Positions 12,562 through 25,577 of a DNA stretch of 64,000 nt are shown piece by piece. A program made the position numbers and the translations under genes. The notes beneath the pieces are model-generated. The model was not told the origin of the DNA. It was given only the letters and a program-made list of their open reading frames with translations, and ran no database searches. This DNA is from Lama glama (lineage: Eukaryota), in contig CM052818.1 in assembly GCA_028534125.1 (NCBI GenBank), forward strand, positions 10,976,001 through 11,040,000, read 5' to 3'. Each line of letters opens with the position of its first letter. The first letter of the stretch is position 1.

Positions 12562-12618
12562 CACACACACACATACACGCACACACCACACACACATGCA
12601 CAAACACCACACACATGC
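12562..12618. repeat. Imperfect (CA)n microsatellite
   Basis: cacacacacacatacacgcacacaccacacacacatgcacaaacaccacacacatgc. Confidence 0.9.
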
Positions 12619-15129
12619 AATCCTCCCATCACACCCCACTCGTTCCTCTCCAGACCATCTCCTCTCATTGTGCATTTTTGTCCTGAGATTTTTCCTTTAA
12701 TGATAGGTGGGGCCCATCTTTCTGATTTTTAACTTCTTCCCACCAGGAGGTAGAGATTTATCTTGACAAACTGTTTGGAATTGCTGGGGGAATATTAATA
12801 AAATTTGAACGTGCGTCCTACAGCAGTGAACAGAATACCTGAGAAGTTTGAAAGCTTTCGTGGGAGATTAGGGGCGGCTGTGAGGAAACGTGCTACCCAG
12901 TGGTGAGCTCCCAGCACAGATATTTCACTATCCGGGGATCTCTAATTACTAATACAGTACATGAACAGTATGATATGTCCTTACAATTGCAGACGCCTTT
13001 TCAAAGATAATCTTTAATAGTTTATTTGACAACCTGTAAAATTATAGAAAATTATTAGTCTTGGGAATTACAAAATCCCCGTAGTACAGTCAAACAATAA
13101 AATTATAATTACCTGTGGGTAATTGAAATTTAACTGTTTTTTTATTGTATATTACACATCAATAGCAACATAAGTTCAAGAGGTTTTTTTTTTCTTCTTT
13201 CCTTTTTTCTTACAGAACCTGAGAAAATGGACAGCACTGTTGAGGGCTTTTGAGTTCCTGTCACAGTACTGAGCTTGAACAATTTCGATTAAAGCCCCAT
13301 GTTTGAGACTGTCATTAGACCTGCATTAAATTACATATCTGGAGTGTTAAAAAATAAAGAGTACAGTAGCTTTTTCTCAGCTACCTAAGGTAGGTAGTTA
13401 AGGCCTTGATTATCTTTAAAGATCTATTTTTTCCTTCCACTGAAAGTCATTGTTTCTTTCATTAAACATAAAACACATTTAAGAACATTAAACTGTGCAG
13501 ACAGGAATATTAGGATGGCATATTACAAAGTACCTTTGTTCTGTATTCATTGCTGTAGTTTGACTTCTGCATTGTGTAATGTGATTTTATTATTTAGCTT
13601 TCATTCAGGTGAACTGAACAGGATTGGCATTGCCTGGGAATTTTAATTCCCTGGGCTTCGGGTAAAGTGGGTACTTGCCTTCCTCCTCTTCCTCATTCAC
13701 CCTCCACTTCCACCACCCACAAAGTTTTTTCTTTTTTAAAAAGCCGCATGAGCATTTTCAAACCAAAGCAAGGTACTGGCATTTCAATTACTCTGATCAC
13801 TTCTCCTTCGAATGATGGCCTTTATCACAACACCCCCAAATTCTACCCCTTTGGTTTCCTTTGTTTAAAGGAAACTTCTAGTTTTTCAGTTATTCTCAGC
13901 TAAATAGTGGTTTAAATGAATGGAGGGGAAAAAATGGACCTGAATATGGAAAAAAAGTCATAGGTAAAGGGGCTAATTCCTTTGCAGAAATTGTCTCCAC
14001 TCTTTGCCACCCCTCCTTTCCAGCTCCGTCCTGGTGCCCCTGTCTCAGGGTCCTGCCATTTCCTGTATGTAAACGTCACCTGGGCTGTGAGGCCTGTGGG
14101 CAACTGTGGGCCTCAGGGTAACCCCTTAAAGCTTTTATCCAGAAGTAGAAGCTTCAGGCCAACTGGTCTGACCTAGCTCCTTCTCTGTGGTTCAGAGAGT
14201 AATGGGAATTGAAATCTGCTTGTGTTTTATCCAGTGCTGATTTTCACCTCTTTTTCTGGATGCTAGGAAATAGGGTCAAAGAATGTAGATTGATCTTAGA
14301 AATTGGCCAGCAGTCTAGTGCCATCCTTTCTTCTATAAGAAGCTTGACAGGTCCAGTGTGGGAGGACAAGAGGCCTTCATCTTCTGTGGTCACCCACTAG
14401 GGAGTTGATGACATGGGAAGCAGACAGAGGAGGGGCTACCGCATCCAGACCGTTGCCTTAATTATGTTAAGTGGACCAAGAGAAAGAGGATGAAAGAAAA
14501 TGAAGTTCAGAAACAGCGGCTTCAGATCGTTTCTTCTCTTGTCCTCCCTCATGAATTCATTCACATACATAATGGTGGACACACAATCACACACACACAG
14601 CCCTCATCTTTTCGATAGACTATCATCAGGATTTCCCACTGGATAACCTAAGTCATAACTTCATCAATCTTCAGAGCCAATGTTGACAAGCAAACATACA
14701 TAAAGCATTTCTTTTGGGAAAAGTCAGTCCTCTTAGAATCAGTTCTACATAATGATTTAATGAGGTGCCTTAAAAACACTAGATCTTATTTTCTTTCCAA
14801 AGGTATGTTAGAAAATATGTGTACCATCCTGAGCATTGAATCCAAGCTGCAGAGTGATGAAAAGCTGATATATTGGTCTCATGCGGATGAAAGTTCAAGG
14901 TGGATAATGTCCCTCTACAGACTTGGGGTAAACCCAGCAGTTTGTGGTGCCATGAACTCATGACTTTGTAAGATATCAATTCGGTGTGATCTTTTAAAAC
15001 AGGAACCAGCTCACATCTGCTTTCCTCGTTACACATCTCTCTTTTCCCACTAGAGCATAAACTCCATGAGGATGGACACTTTGTCACGCTCATCACTCTC
15101 ACTTCCACAACTCTCCACTGACTTTGCGT

Positions 15130-15415
15130 AAAATACAGTCCAACCCCACATGTCTGGCCCTGCCTCCTCTCCAACCTTTTCCCCCACCACTCTTGTTCTC
15201 ATTTCTCTCCAGCCTCTGGGGTCCTTGCTATTCATGAATGCACTGACTGCTGCCCACTTTGCCTTTTGTTTTGTTTTGTTTTTATTTAATTATCTTCTCA
15301 CCTCCTCAGAGAGGTCTTCCTGATGACTCCTGAAATTCACCTCCCTCCAAACCTGGCATTCTCCTCCCCTTGGTTTGCTTTTTTTTTTTTTTCATAGTGT
15401 GTATCACCATCCAGA
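15130..15415 (+). mobile_element. L2 fragment
   Basis: tctggccctgcctcctctccaacc...ctccagcctctggggtccttgctattc...cacctcctcagagaggtcttcctga...ttcatagtgtgtatcacc. Confidence 0.6.
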
Positions 15416-18404
15416 AAGAATTTTAAGCAGTGATAATAACTCATAATCTTCATTGCATGGGTAGAATTTTGGCAGGTGACGGACACCCAGATTGGGAATT
15501 GGGTATAAATATCAAAGTGATCCCAGGTTAGCAGCAGGGTCCTTAGGGACATTAGGAGAAACAGAGACAGCAGGAGGGGTAGGTATAGAGGAAAGTAACT
15601 GATCACTGATGAATTATTTTGATTTTTATATAGAAATATGTCATTTCTGATTTCTAAAATGGAACTTGGTGATCTATGCAGAGTTAAAGACTCTGCATTG
15701 GGTCCAACAGTTCAGCATTACATTGGGGAGATAAATGTAGAAACTATCAAATCTGTAATAAGGTAAAAGCTGGTTTCCACCAATTTAATCTCTATTAAAA
15801 GCCTCATAAACCACATTTTGGTAAAAGAGACTAATATCTATCTCACAGCTATGCCCAGCTTCTAACTCAATTGGCATATGTTTCTTCATATTCCTCTTTA
15901 AAAAGTCAATGGTTTATGAAATTATCCAAATACCTGAATCCTTCCCTAGCCAGAAAAAGTCACTAAATGCAAAAGAATTTAAATTGCACACACTCCTTCA
16001 TCCCCTCAGGCTTTTTTTCCCCCTCAAGTGCAAGCATTAGTTTCAAGAAAAGAAATGCATGTAAAGTTCAGTAAATTTGGGGTGGATGGCTCTATGATTT
16101 TGACTCAGTGCCATGAATTTTAATCCAAGCTGTTGAAAGGTAAGGCTTAAAAATAGCCAACTGTGATTCTCCCACCCTGTCCCGTGACTTTGTCAGCTCT
16201 TCTCTCCACTTCAAGAGGAGTGAAAGTGGAAGCCTTTTCCCCAGCAAGGTCCTACTCAGCTGAACCCCAATTCATGGCGTCCTGTGGAGTCCTTTGTGGG
16301 GCACACCTCCAAGACAATCCTCTAGAAAGGCATTCCTCTCCTGGACACTCATCAGAATCTTTAATACACAAGACGCAGGCCTCGTAGCGCCATGGTGGTC
16401 TGAGGGGCAAGGGTCACTTGAAGGCCCAATAAATCTCTCAGTCTGGACAGTGTCCTTCAGTCAGTTCAGCTGAAGTCTCTTTGATTGAATCTTATTTTCT
16501 AGAAGGTTTGAAAGATGTGGAAAGCAAGACAAAATTCCAACCTCTGGCTTTCTGGGAGATTCTCATCTCTTGCTGTCTATTCTTAAATGGCCATCCTCTT
16601 CCAACACCTTCAGGCTATTTGGGAACTTCAAAAGGGCTTCACAATGTGTATCATGCAGAGGTCAGTGTTGTTCCCTCAGTGTTCACATCCTATGGGTCCC
16701 AGATTCCTACAGATTCAACGTTATCAAGGGAACAGATTTCTCTCAAGTCTGGAGGGGGCCTCACACTGCTTCAAGTTTCATAAGCATTTTAAGTCTTTCC
16801 TACTGAGACCAGAGGCCTGAGTGACAGACTCTTTTCACATCCCTTCCAGCTCTAGGAGTCCAGGTTTTAGCTCAGGCCCAGATAATTTTTGTAGTGAAAA
16901 AGTGAAACTTCTGTTCTAGCTAATTCAGTCTTCGGCACATTTGCTACTGTTTTTTAGAAGCCAGAGGCGATTTACAAGGGAACTTGCAAAGCCATTTTGC
17001 CTGAACAAATTCTCCATCTGGTGACTCACTGAACATTATCTCATATTTCTTAAAGGAAGAAACAAGAAATGGACTTAGAAGGCCTCATGTTGATGTTTAC
17101 CTGCCAAGACTTCTTGTCTGCTGACTCTCTGGACCCATTTGTAAATCTACATAGAAAACCACTCTTTTGGTATAATTTCCCGCTATTCCTTTGCTTCTTA
17201 GGTCAATGAAGCTGCAAGCTGGAGCCCTGTCCACATATGAATACTGGAGTAGCTGAAATTCAAGGGGAATTTTGTAAAGAGAATTTGTTTTCTAATTCAT
17301 GAGACCTGTGAATGAGTCTGAGTATTTTTCAATCAGTTGTTCTGTGGTTCCTGAGAACAACACAGTTGGTAGAGTACTTCACATCACCTCCTGTGGACAA
17401 CATGACCATAGAAGGAGGTCCCTATTATATGAAGGGGAAAAACAGAGCCTCTTAAAGTGGAGGGGTGCCCATGACCTCTCACAGGCTCTGCTCTCCTGGG
17501 ATCCTCTCAACTCCCCAAACTACCTTCTTCCCCAGCCCGAGCCCTTCGTCTTCTCCTCCTGATTGCTGGGGCACCCGGGGCGGTCTGCTGCTTTCCCTGC
17601 AGCCTTTGTGATGAACCTGTTGATTTCTGCGTTTCTCCTGATTCTGTAAAGCGAGATGTCCCTTCGCATTTGAGGAGCCACTTTTTCCTCACTCGCTGAT
17701 TGCATCACTTCTGCTTCTGCCCTTTCCACCTCTAAAGGCAATATCTCCCAATAAGTCGGATTGCTTTCTAGCCAGCTTGCGCCTAGGAGAAGAGATTGCT
17801 CTTGGCTCCTGCCCCTTCTCCAGTGCTGCTTTCTCAAGGCCACACTGGTTCTCATTCAGCTGATTTTCTTTGTGTTTCCACTCTTTAATCCTTAATTCTC
17901 TTTCTGTGTGATCCTTGTTGCTATTTGACTTTGGATCTCTTTCTATAGGCCTTTGTACTATTAACTCTGGAGGACAGAATCTGGGCCAGGTATCTGTAGA
18001 AAAGAGGGCTAGGAAAAAGATAAGAACTGACTAGGTCAAGAAGGGGTGCAAGTTCACAGGACACAGGGAAATGGAAATACTGCACATAATCGTACATAAG
18101 GAAACACACCAAGACTGGAGTGCACTCTTTCGCTCATAAACGCAAACATTCATTGATCAACTCAACACCTGCTTGTAATAAATGCTCTACCTCTTAGTTG
18201 TCTGTTGTGTAAGATAGCTCAAGATTATTTCATCTCTCTGTGTAGGAATCCTAGACTTACACAACCATCCTCCAACACAGCTGTGAAATGACCATTCTCT
18301 GAGCCAGAGGCACTTGTCTCTCTTTTATTCACATAGTCCCTGACTGATCTAGGACACAGTGTGACAAATTTGAGGCTCTTACCTAGACTGCCATATAACA
18401 GTTC

Positions 18405-18850
18405 ATCCATTCATTTATTCACTCAGTCAGTTAATCATTGAACTGATATTTACTGAGCAAGAACCTGTATGTGCCAAGCATTGTTTTCAGCACTCCAGAA
18501 ATGGTAGTGAATAAAACAAAGCCCCTGGTCTCATGCAACTTATTTATTAGAGATGTAGGTTGAGAGGAGATTTACATATTCTTTCAGAAGTTGATGAATT
18601 CTGTGAAGAAAAATCTGGTGGCTAAAGAGGCAGAAAGCAATGGGGAGTGAAGTTGCATCATTAAGTAGAATGACAGGCAAAGGCTCCACCAATAAGGTAT
18701 TATTTGAGGGAATGAAATACAGGAGTGAGCCACATGGATATCTAGAAGAAGAAAGCCTTAGGTAATTGGAGCAGGAAATCAATAGCCCTCGAGCAGAAGA
18801 GTGTTTGGTATACTTGGTATATAAAACAGCAAAATTTTGAGTCATTTAGT
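18405..18850 (-). mobile_element. L2 LINE 3' end
   Basis: tcatccattcatttattcactc...atttactgagc...tgtgccaagcattgtt...gtgaataaaacaaagcccctggtctcatgcaactta...ggagtgagccacatggatatctag. Confidence 0.8.
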
Positions 18851-18909
18851 AAGTTCCTCTCCTATGAGCACTGATAGACCTTGCATTTCCCCCAAAATAA
18901 GACCCACTT

Positions 18910-19080
18910 CATTGTGATCACTTGTTTAGTGCTTATTTTTCCCTCCAGGCTACACATAACGTGAAGCAGGAAATACAATCGCTTGGTTTACCCCTACATG
19001 CTAGTGCTTACTGGATATCTGGTACATCAGAGGTGCACCATAAATAGTAATCAAATGAATGAGTAGATGTCTGAATAAAT
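18910..19080 (+). mobile_element. L2 3' terminus
   Basis: ttgtgatcacttgtttagtg...ctagtgcttactggatatctggtacatcagaggtgcaccataaatagtaatcaaatgaatgag. Confidence 0.55.
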
Positions 19081-19779
19081 TGCTCCATAAAATGAGATAA
19101 TGCACATAAATCTTTTAGCCCAGTGCCAGACATATACTACACATTTAATGGTTTTCAGGGACAATATGTTGCTGCTGATGCAGGTAATGATGATACAACC
19201 CAGGAGAAGATGAACTTTTTTTCCAAAGATAGAGGGACTGCTCCTGGTCTATAGGTAGACCTATTCAGCAAGAAGTTCACTTAACTACTTCTTGCTGAAA
19301 TCTGTCCATTTGGTGTGTGCCCTGTGTAACCCTGATGATAGCTGTAGCAGCAGCAGACGCACCTATAATGACATAAACAGACAGTAACCTCCAACGGTAT
19401 AGTCAATAACCAGAAAGCAGAACTATTCAACTCTTAATTTTCCATGGCCTTCCAAACAAGGAGTAAAATCTTCAGAGAGAAAACAATTAGATGACATCAA
19501 ATGGAGAGTGTCATGCAAGTGAGGGATTGCTAAAGAGGAGCATTGCTATTGGAAGTGAGTTCCACTCTCTTGGCCCAGGTATAGAATTAGCAGATATCAT
19601 TGCAAAGATCTAGTTCTCACAACTTTTGAAGCATCGCATAGAGCAGAGGAAGTCTCAGTTTTGAAATAAGGGGAGAATATGTACCTCAGAAACTGAAGAA
19701 AGGTCACATTGTCATAGAGTCAAGAGACACTCAGGGTCTGACAGTAATAAATCAAATAGTGATGATTAAATTGCAGATA

Positions 19780-19960
19780 AATGGAATGTTAGAGCTGGCA
19801 AATTTTGTCAAGGTTATTTTACAAAGCTCCTTTAATCTTTCATTTCATAGGTAAAGGAACCCAAGAGTATTTGGCTGAACTATCTCTCCCAAATTTCATG
19901 CCATCAGTGGCAGAGCCAGGAGAAGAACAGAGATCATCTGGCCCAGAGGTAGGTGTTCCT
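19780..19960 (-). mobile_element. MIR SINE
   Basis: ggaatgttagagctggca...tttcatttcataggtaaaggaacccaagag...cagtggcagagccaggagaagaacagagatc. Confidence 0.55.
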
Positions 19961-20219
19961 TCAGTTACTCCCCGTAGCCCCATAACTGGTCTCCCCACTT
20001 CCATCCTTGCTCTTCTGTAGTCCCTTCCATACATGGTGTCAAAATGATCTTTTAAATTTAAAACTCAGGTTGTTTTATTATGCCTAATAAACTCTTTAAT
20101 GGTTTCTCATTGCAATTAAAGTCAAATTCCTACAGTACTTCTCAAACATACAATAATGCCTGGCAGATAGTAGGCAGTAATGAACAAATAAACTTCTTTT
20201 TTTTCTCTTAATATTAGTA

Positions 20220-21235
20220 TAAAGTTGGTGAATCAAGGTAAATCTGCAGTGACAGCTTGTTTAAATGAAAGAGTCAACAGTACCCCCTCCAAAATTAATG
20301 CACAGGATGAAATGCAAGCTGGATGAAAGCGGGTTAACTGAGTTCTACAATCAGACCCCAGTGATTTATTTTAGCCTCTGTCGTCCTCAGATGACCACTC
20401 ATTCCCTGTTTGGCCCAGCTTCGTTAAGCCTGTTTACCGATGATTTTGACAACAACACAGAAAGTAAGCTTATGAAACCTGAAAGGCACAAAGCTGGAAA
20501 GGATAGTAAATATAACAATCAACATTCAAAATTGTTCTGACAAGCTGAAATTCTGAGTAAATTCCAATAAGGTGAAATTTAATAGCAATAAATACAATGT
20601 GCTGCATAGAAGTTCAATTATTAATTATATAAGTACAGGATGGAGAAACTTGGCTTGGCAGAAAGTCATGTGAAAAAGATCTGGAGGATTTAGCTGACCA
20701 CAACTTTAATAAGACCCATCAGTATGCGGCAGATGCCTTTAAAAATTCACATTCATAGGCTGCATTAGTAGAAGTCCTTTTTCTAAATTATATCCAGTCA
20801 GTAATAGTTTTCCTGCTCTCTGTAGCTCAGACCACATCCGGAGTATGTTACTCAGTTCTGGGTGCCATATATTAAGGGGGACACTTAATCCAGGGGAAGA
20901 AAACCAAGATAGAGAAAGCTGGAAAAAGCAAGCCATGGTTGAAAGAACTGAAATCCAAAATCATGCCAGTATTTTAAGTTCTACGAGATATTATAAAAGT
21001 TTCATTTTTGCTATACTGGAAATCAGAATATGAAGTAATGGCTTTAAGTGGGTAGTAAATATACTCTTACTGACAGCAAACTTTTGAATCAATGAGTAAG
21101 TGACTTAAAGGAGGAAGGAAACGTTCATTGCACATGGGGGAAAATTATGTGTACCTGGAGTAGTTTTAGAATAGAATAGCCACCTAAATGAGCTGGAATA
21201 CATAAATTGCTTGCCACTAGAGGCTGTCAAAGCAA
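20220..21235 (+). mobile_element. CR1/L3 LINE, RT-domain and 3' remnant
   Basis: ttaccgatgattttgac...cacaaagctggaaaggatag...aataaggtgaaatttaatagcaataaatacaatgtgctgcat...tgtgaaaaagatctggaggatttagctgaccac...cagaccacatccggagtatgttactcagttctggg are decayed CR1 ORF2 motifs (MKFN..KC.VLH, EKDLG..VD, RPHLEY..QFW). Confidence 0.85.
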
Positions 21236-21602
21236 CCCGGGAGCAAAGAACTAAAGCTCAAAAGTTAGAAACACCAAGTGATTATACTGGCTCTGTATCT
21301 AGCACTTCTAAACTAAGCGAGTGCTCCCTTCTCACCTTGCTGACTCACCAAGGTGGCAACTCAAGGGTGCCTTTCAGTTCCACAGTCAACAGATATGGAA
21401 TACGGTATATGGGGCCCAGCCACTTACTTTCCCAAAAAACTTGACTTCTTGTCCCCAAATAAAAAGATGCTATTCTGGGGCCTACAGAAATGGGAAAAAA
21501 ACCAACCTTGTTATTTTGACCATAATATATAAAGCTTACCAACCCAAAGTAAGAATGAAAGTGTTAAGGTATTGTAGGAAGGTGCAGTCTTAGGTTGCCC
21601 TT

Positions 21603-21613
21603 ATGACTCAGCA
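21603..21613 (+). promoter_or_regulatory. Consensus ARE/CNC-sMAF (NRF2/NF-E2) and AP-1 site ATGACTCAGCA
   Basis: Exact match to RTGACTCAGCA. Function not shown. Confidence 0.35.
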
Positions 21614-21660
21614 TTACACTCTTTTCTGGTTGATTGTAAGAATCAGAAAGTAGCAGATGA

Positions 21661-22205
21661 GGAGAGATCAAGATGGTGGAGAGGAGGATACTGGGCTCCC
21701 CTTCTCTCACAAACACATCAAAACTACACCTACAGGGACTCTCACTGAAGCCAATCTGGGGACTAGCAGGCTAGCTATTTTACAACTAAGGGTGTAAAAA
21801 AAAATTCACAGGTTGTCTGGTAGGAAGGGAGGAGAAGCGATCTGGTCAGGACCCATACCCCTAGTGGGGGACACAGAAGAAAAGGGGGAATATCACACTC
21901 TCAGGGGTCCTCCCTGGGGAGCATGGGGTTTGATCCATACATTATGCACACCAGCGCTGGGGTCCAACCCCGGGAAGGTGAGCCCTCCAGTGGGGGTTAC
22001 TGGAGGGCTGTAAGAAACTGCGACTCTGCTCCTGAAGAGCACAAGCACCAGCTTGCTTACTCCAATTCATAACATGGAGGCAGCAGATTGAAAACTGCCT
22101 GGGCCTCTGGCCAGCTGCCAGGACCAGCCAGCACATCCCCTAGCCCTTCTGCTCCAGCCCTTCTTGCTCCAGTGATGCTTCTCATTAAGGTGGAGGCTGC
22201 CATTT
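21661..22205 (+). mobile_element. L1 5' UTR fragment
   Basis: Begins gagatcaagatggtggagaggagga...ccttctctcacaaacacatcaaaactaca, typical of mammalian L1 5' ends, and is GC-richer than its flanks. Confidence 0.7.
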
Positions 22206-22809
22206 CAAAATCATTTCTCAGTCTCCTTTATGTATGAAAACCCAAGCATTTGTTGCCCCCTCAGAGAACTTACACATGCCTACCTCAGAGCTACTCCTGA
22301 GTAGAGTTAGGGTGGGTATTATGATTCTTACTTACGGGTCTTAAAAATTTTTTTGTTTTGAGAGGCTCATGAGTTGCTCAGTCATATGGTCAGTATTGTC
22401 CAAGGCTCTTGGCTCCAAGTCCCAAAAGGGTAGTCACAAAATAATGAGAATGATTTTCTAACAGTGAGTATATCATAAGGTCTACAACTACAAGAGAGAT
22501 TTCTCTTCCTTATGGTCTCTTTTAGAGTTAAGATATCATTCCAGTGATGCTGCATTTATTTTGTGGTTCTCATTTATAAAAGATCTTCATATTCTATTTT
22601 AGCCTGCTGCATATTCTTGAAGGTAACACATCGTTATCTCCTGAGAATAGACATAATAGGGCAAAAACGGTGAACATAACAGAAACTCACTGAAGCTTGT
22701 TTTATTTTGTTCTTTTAAAAGAGGAACTATTACAAAGACAGAAGAGCCAATATTTGAATCTGCTGTCTTGAGTTTTTGGATTTTTAAGGTTTCTTCTCTA
22801 TATCAGGTG

Positions 22810-24130
22810 ACAAAGTTAGTATTTTACATTTTTCCCCAATAACTTAGTTTTACCTTTAATATACATTTTTAATTCATCTAATTTATCTGAAGTCCAATTT
22901 TATAAATGGTATAAGATGAATATTATTTTCAAGACCTTTTACTCTATGACTTGTTCTGTAGTCATTGATTTGTGTTGACCCTTATATAATGATCAAATCC
23001 CCACATATATATGAGTCTGTCTCTGAACAGTGAACCCTGTTCCATAATTATGTTTGTTCCTTTAGGACTACAAGACTATTTTTCTACTGCAGTGACTCTG
23101 AAGTCCTAATATCTAGTGTGCAAGTCCCCCTTTTTGACTTTTCTTTTTCAACGGTGACTTATTGTTTATGAATTCATTTTTATTTTTACATTTAACTTTA
23201 TAATATTTGTTAAATTTCTTCAAAAATCCAGCTGATATTTTGTTGAGAATTGTTTTGAAATTATAAGACAATTTGACCTGAATTAATAATTACAAAGTTA
23301 GGCTGTCTCACCTATGGTGAGGGAATGAACTTAAATTGGATCTTTTTTTATGTCCTTTAACAGACTTTTAAAATTTTCTCCTTGCTAAGTCAATATCCTA
23401 ATAATTTAGGGGTTTTCTGTGCATTGTCGATGGAGTCTTATTTTTTCTATCACTCTTCCAACTGATTTCTCATATGGTCAAGGAACATTATTAGTTTGGG
23501 GATGAAATCATCTTCTGTCAGGCAACTTGGTTGAATTTTCTCACTTTTAGTAGTTTGCCTTATTTTGTTTATTTTCTAGAAAGATTAAGTTTTGCTTTCC
23601 TCTTCTAATCTTACACCTCATAGTTCTTTAGTTCTTTCATTACTTTACGGAGTAGCTGAAAACCTACAACGTTATATAATAGGAAATGGGCTTATTTTAC
23701 TTCTTCCTAATCTTAAAGTGAATTTATTTAAATCTTTCCTTCAAGTATGTGTTTTCTGAAGGTTTTTGTTATTTAAACTTCTGTAGTATTTCTCCTTGAT
23801 ATATACAATTCAATGATAAATTATCTTATATTGAATTATCCTTGACTTCCTTTAATAAATCATTGATCACTTTATTTTTAATCTACTATTAAAGTTAAAT
23901 AGTATTGTATTTATTTTTTTTCTTTTCTTTATTTGTTTTTTTTATAGTATTGTATTTAGTAACTTCTTATGTATGTGTACAAGTGGGACTGTATTTTTTT
24001 AATAATCTTATTTGATATTTAAATTAAGGTTTTTCTAATCCCCTGAGTTAGTTTTTTGGCTCTCCCTTTCTCAGGCTTCTGAAACAACTGTTCTATAACA
24101 CAATAATGGATTTTCTTTAAGTTGTTCTGT
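22810..24130 (-). mobile_element. Very old L1 (L1ME-like) ORF2 remnant
   Basis: T-rich plus strand with atcaaatccccacatatatatgagtctgtctctgaac, gatattttgttgagaattgttttgaaattataaga and ttttacttcttcctaatcttaaagtgaa. Confidence 0.6.
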
Positions 24131-24199
24131 ATAATAACTAAATTTGATTACTTCAGTATTATAAATACACCTGCTTATTGAAATATGCCACATAGTGAA

Positions 24200-25000
24200 A
24201 TAATAGTTTAAGGATAAGGCAGATATTGCAAAAGGGAACTAATATCTTGACTATATAAAGGATTTATGCAAATTAGTGATAAGAAAAGAGAGATGACCCA
24301 ACTGTGAAAAAAGGAATGAACAAGAACATACAATTTTTTGGAAGGGAAAAAGTGAATGGTAGCAATTAAAGGGTAAGATGTTCAAATTTATTAGTTATTA
24401 GAAAAGTGGAAGTCAGAACAGGAATGTGATATCACTTAATACCCATGAAATTTACAAAAATCAGAACTACGTAATGCCAAGTATTAGTGGAGTTGGAGAC
24501 AAGTTCTACAGTTGGTGACAGTGAAGGTATTATAATTTCCTGGTGAGCCCTCTAACAGTACTTTGTCATAAAGGATTCGCACTTAATGACCCAGTAATAC
24601 AATACAGTGAAATTCTGTAATGGGACCCATTCTGTGATGTTTACACTAGAATTTATGTGTGGTAGTATAAAATGGGAGACTAGTTATATATCAAAGAGGT
24701 AGATATGCAAAATGTAGTAGATTTACACTATGGAACTCTATGCAGAAGTTTGAGGCAACCAAATGGATAGATATACACATAGGAACATGCATGGATCTTT
24801 GAAGCACAGAAAAGAAAGAAAATTATAAAGAAAATTATGGCTGTAACACAATGCCACTCATGTAGACTAAAAAATACACACACACAAGAATAATACCATA
24901 TACTTAACAATGTTAAATTTAATTTCAAGCTTATGTATTACTTACATTGGAGCGAATATTATGGGAGTAAGGAGAAGGGGAATGAAGAATAAGAATAAAA
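24200..25000 (+). mobile_element. Old L1 3' region
   Basis: aagatgttcaaatttattagttattagaaaagtggaagtcagaaca...atatcacttaataccc...acactatggaactctatgcag. Confidence 0.6.
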
Positions 25001-25577
25001 TGAGTACACACTTTGCCTACATTCTTACATATATACATACATTCAGAACAAGAAGGGGCCTCACATCAACCTAAAAGAGAGTGCCATGACTGAGAAATAG
25101 GATTAATCAAACCTTCTGCATCTGGGTTAACACAAAATAAAAACTACAAAGGTGTCTCTTAGAACTCAAGGGACTTCAGGGAACAGGAAATGGAGAGTAG
25201 TCAGAAATCCAGAAGAAAACGTCCCTTCCCCTGCATCTGTCCTTGTCTGTATGCTTTCACTTACTCTTCCCTTTCAGTAGTTCCATCTTTTTCCTTTTCA
25301 AGACAAGGTGGGAATTCCGTGTACACCTCCACATTGTTACACCTCCTCTCTTCAAAAGAACAGCCTAGATTGAGTTTTAGAAAAAGAAAGTAATTCACAA
25401 TTAAGATTGATGAATATGGTGGATGACACATTTTTGTTATTACAAAACAGCATATAATGTGATAAGACTTTTTTTCTTTTATGAGAAATAAACTGATGGT
25501 TTCCAAGGAAGAATTTCAACTATCAATTTGTTCAAATATATCCATAAGCTCCTGAAAGAAAGTTTTTGAAAATCAAA

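Noticed and set aside
17520..17855. 111-aa minus-strand ORF in a GC-richer patch
   Set aside because: No recognisable domain or splice context. The length is explained by local composition.
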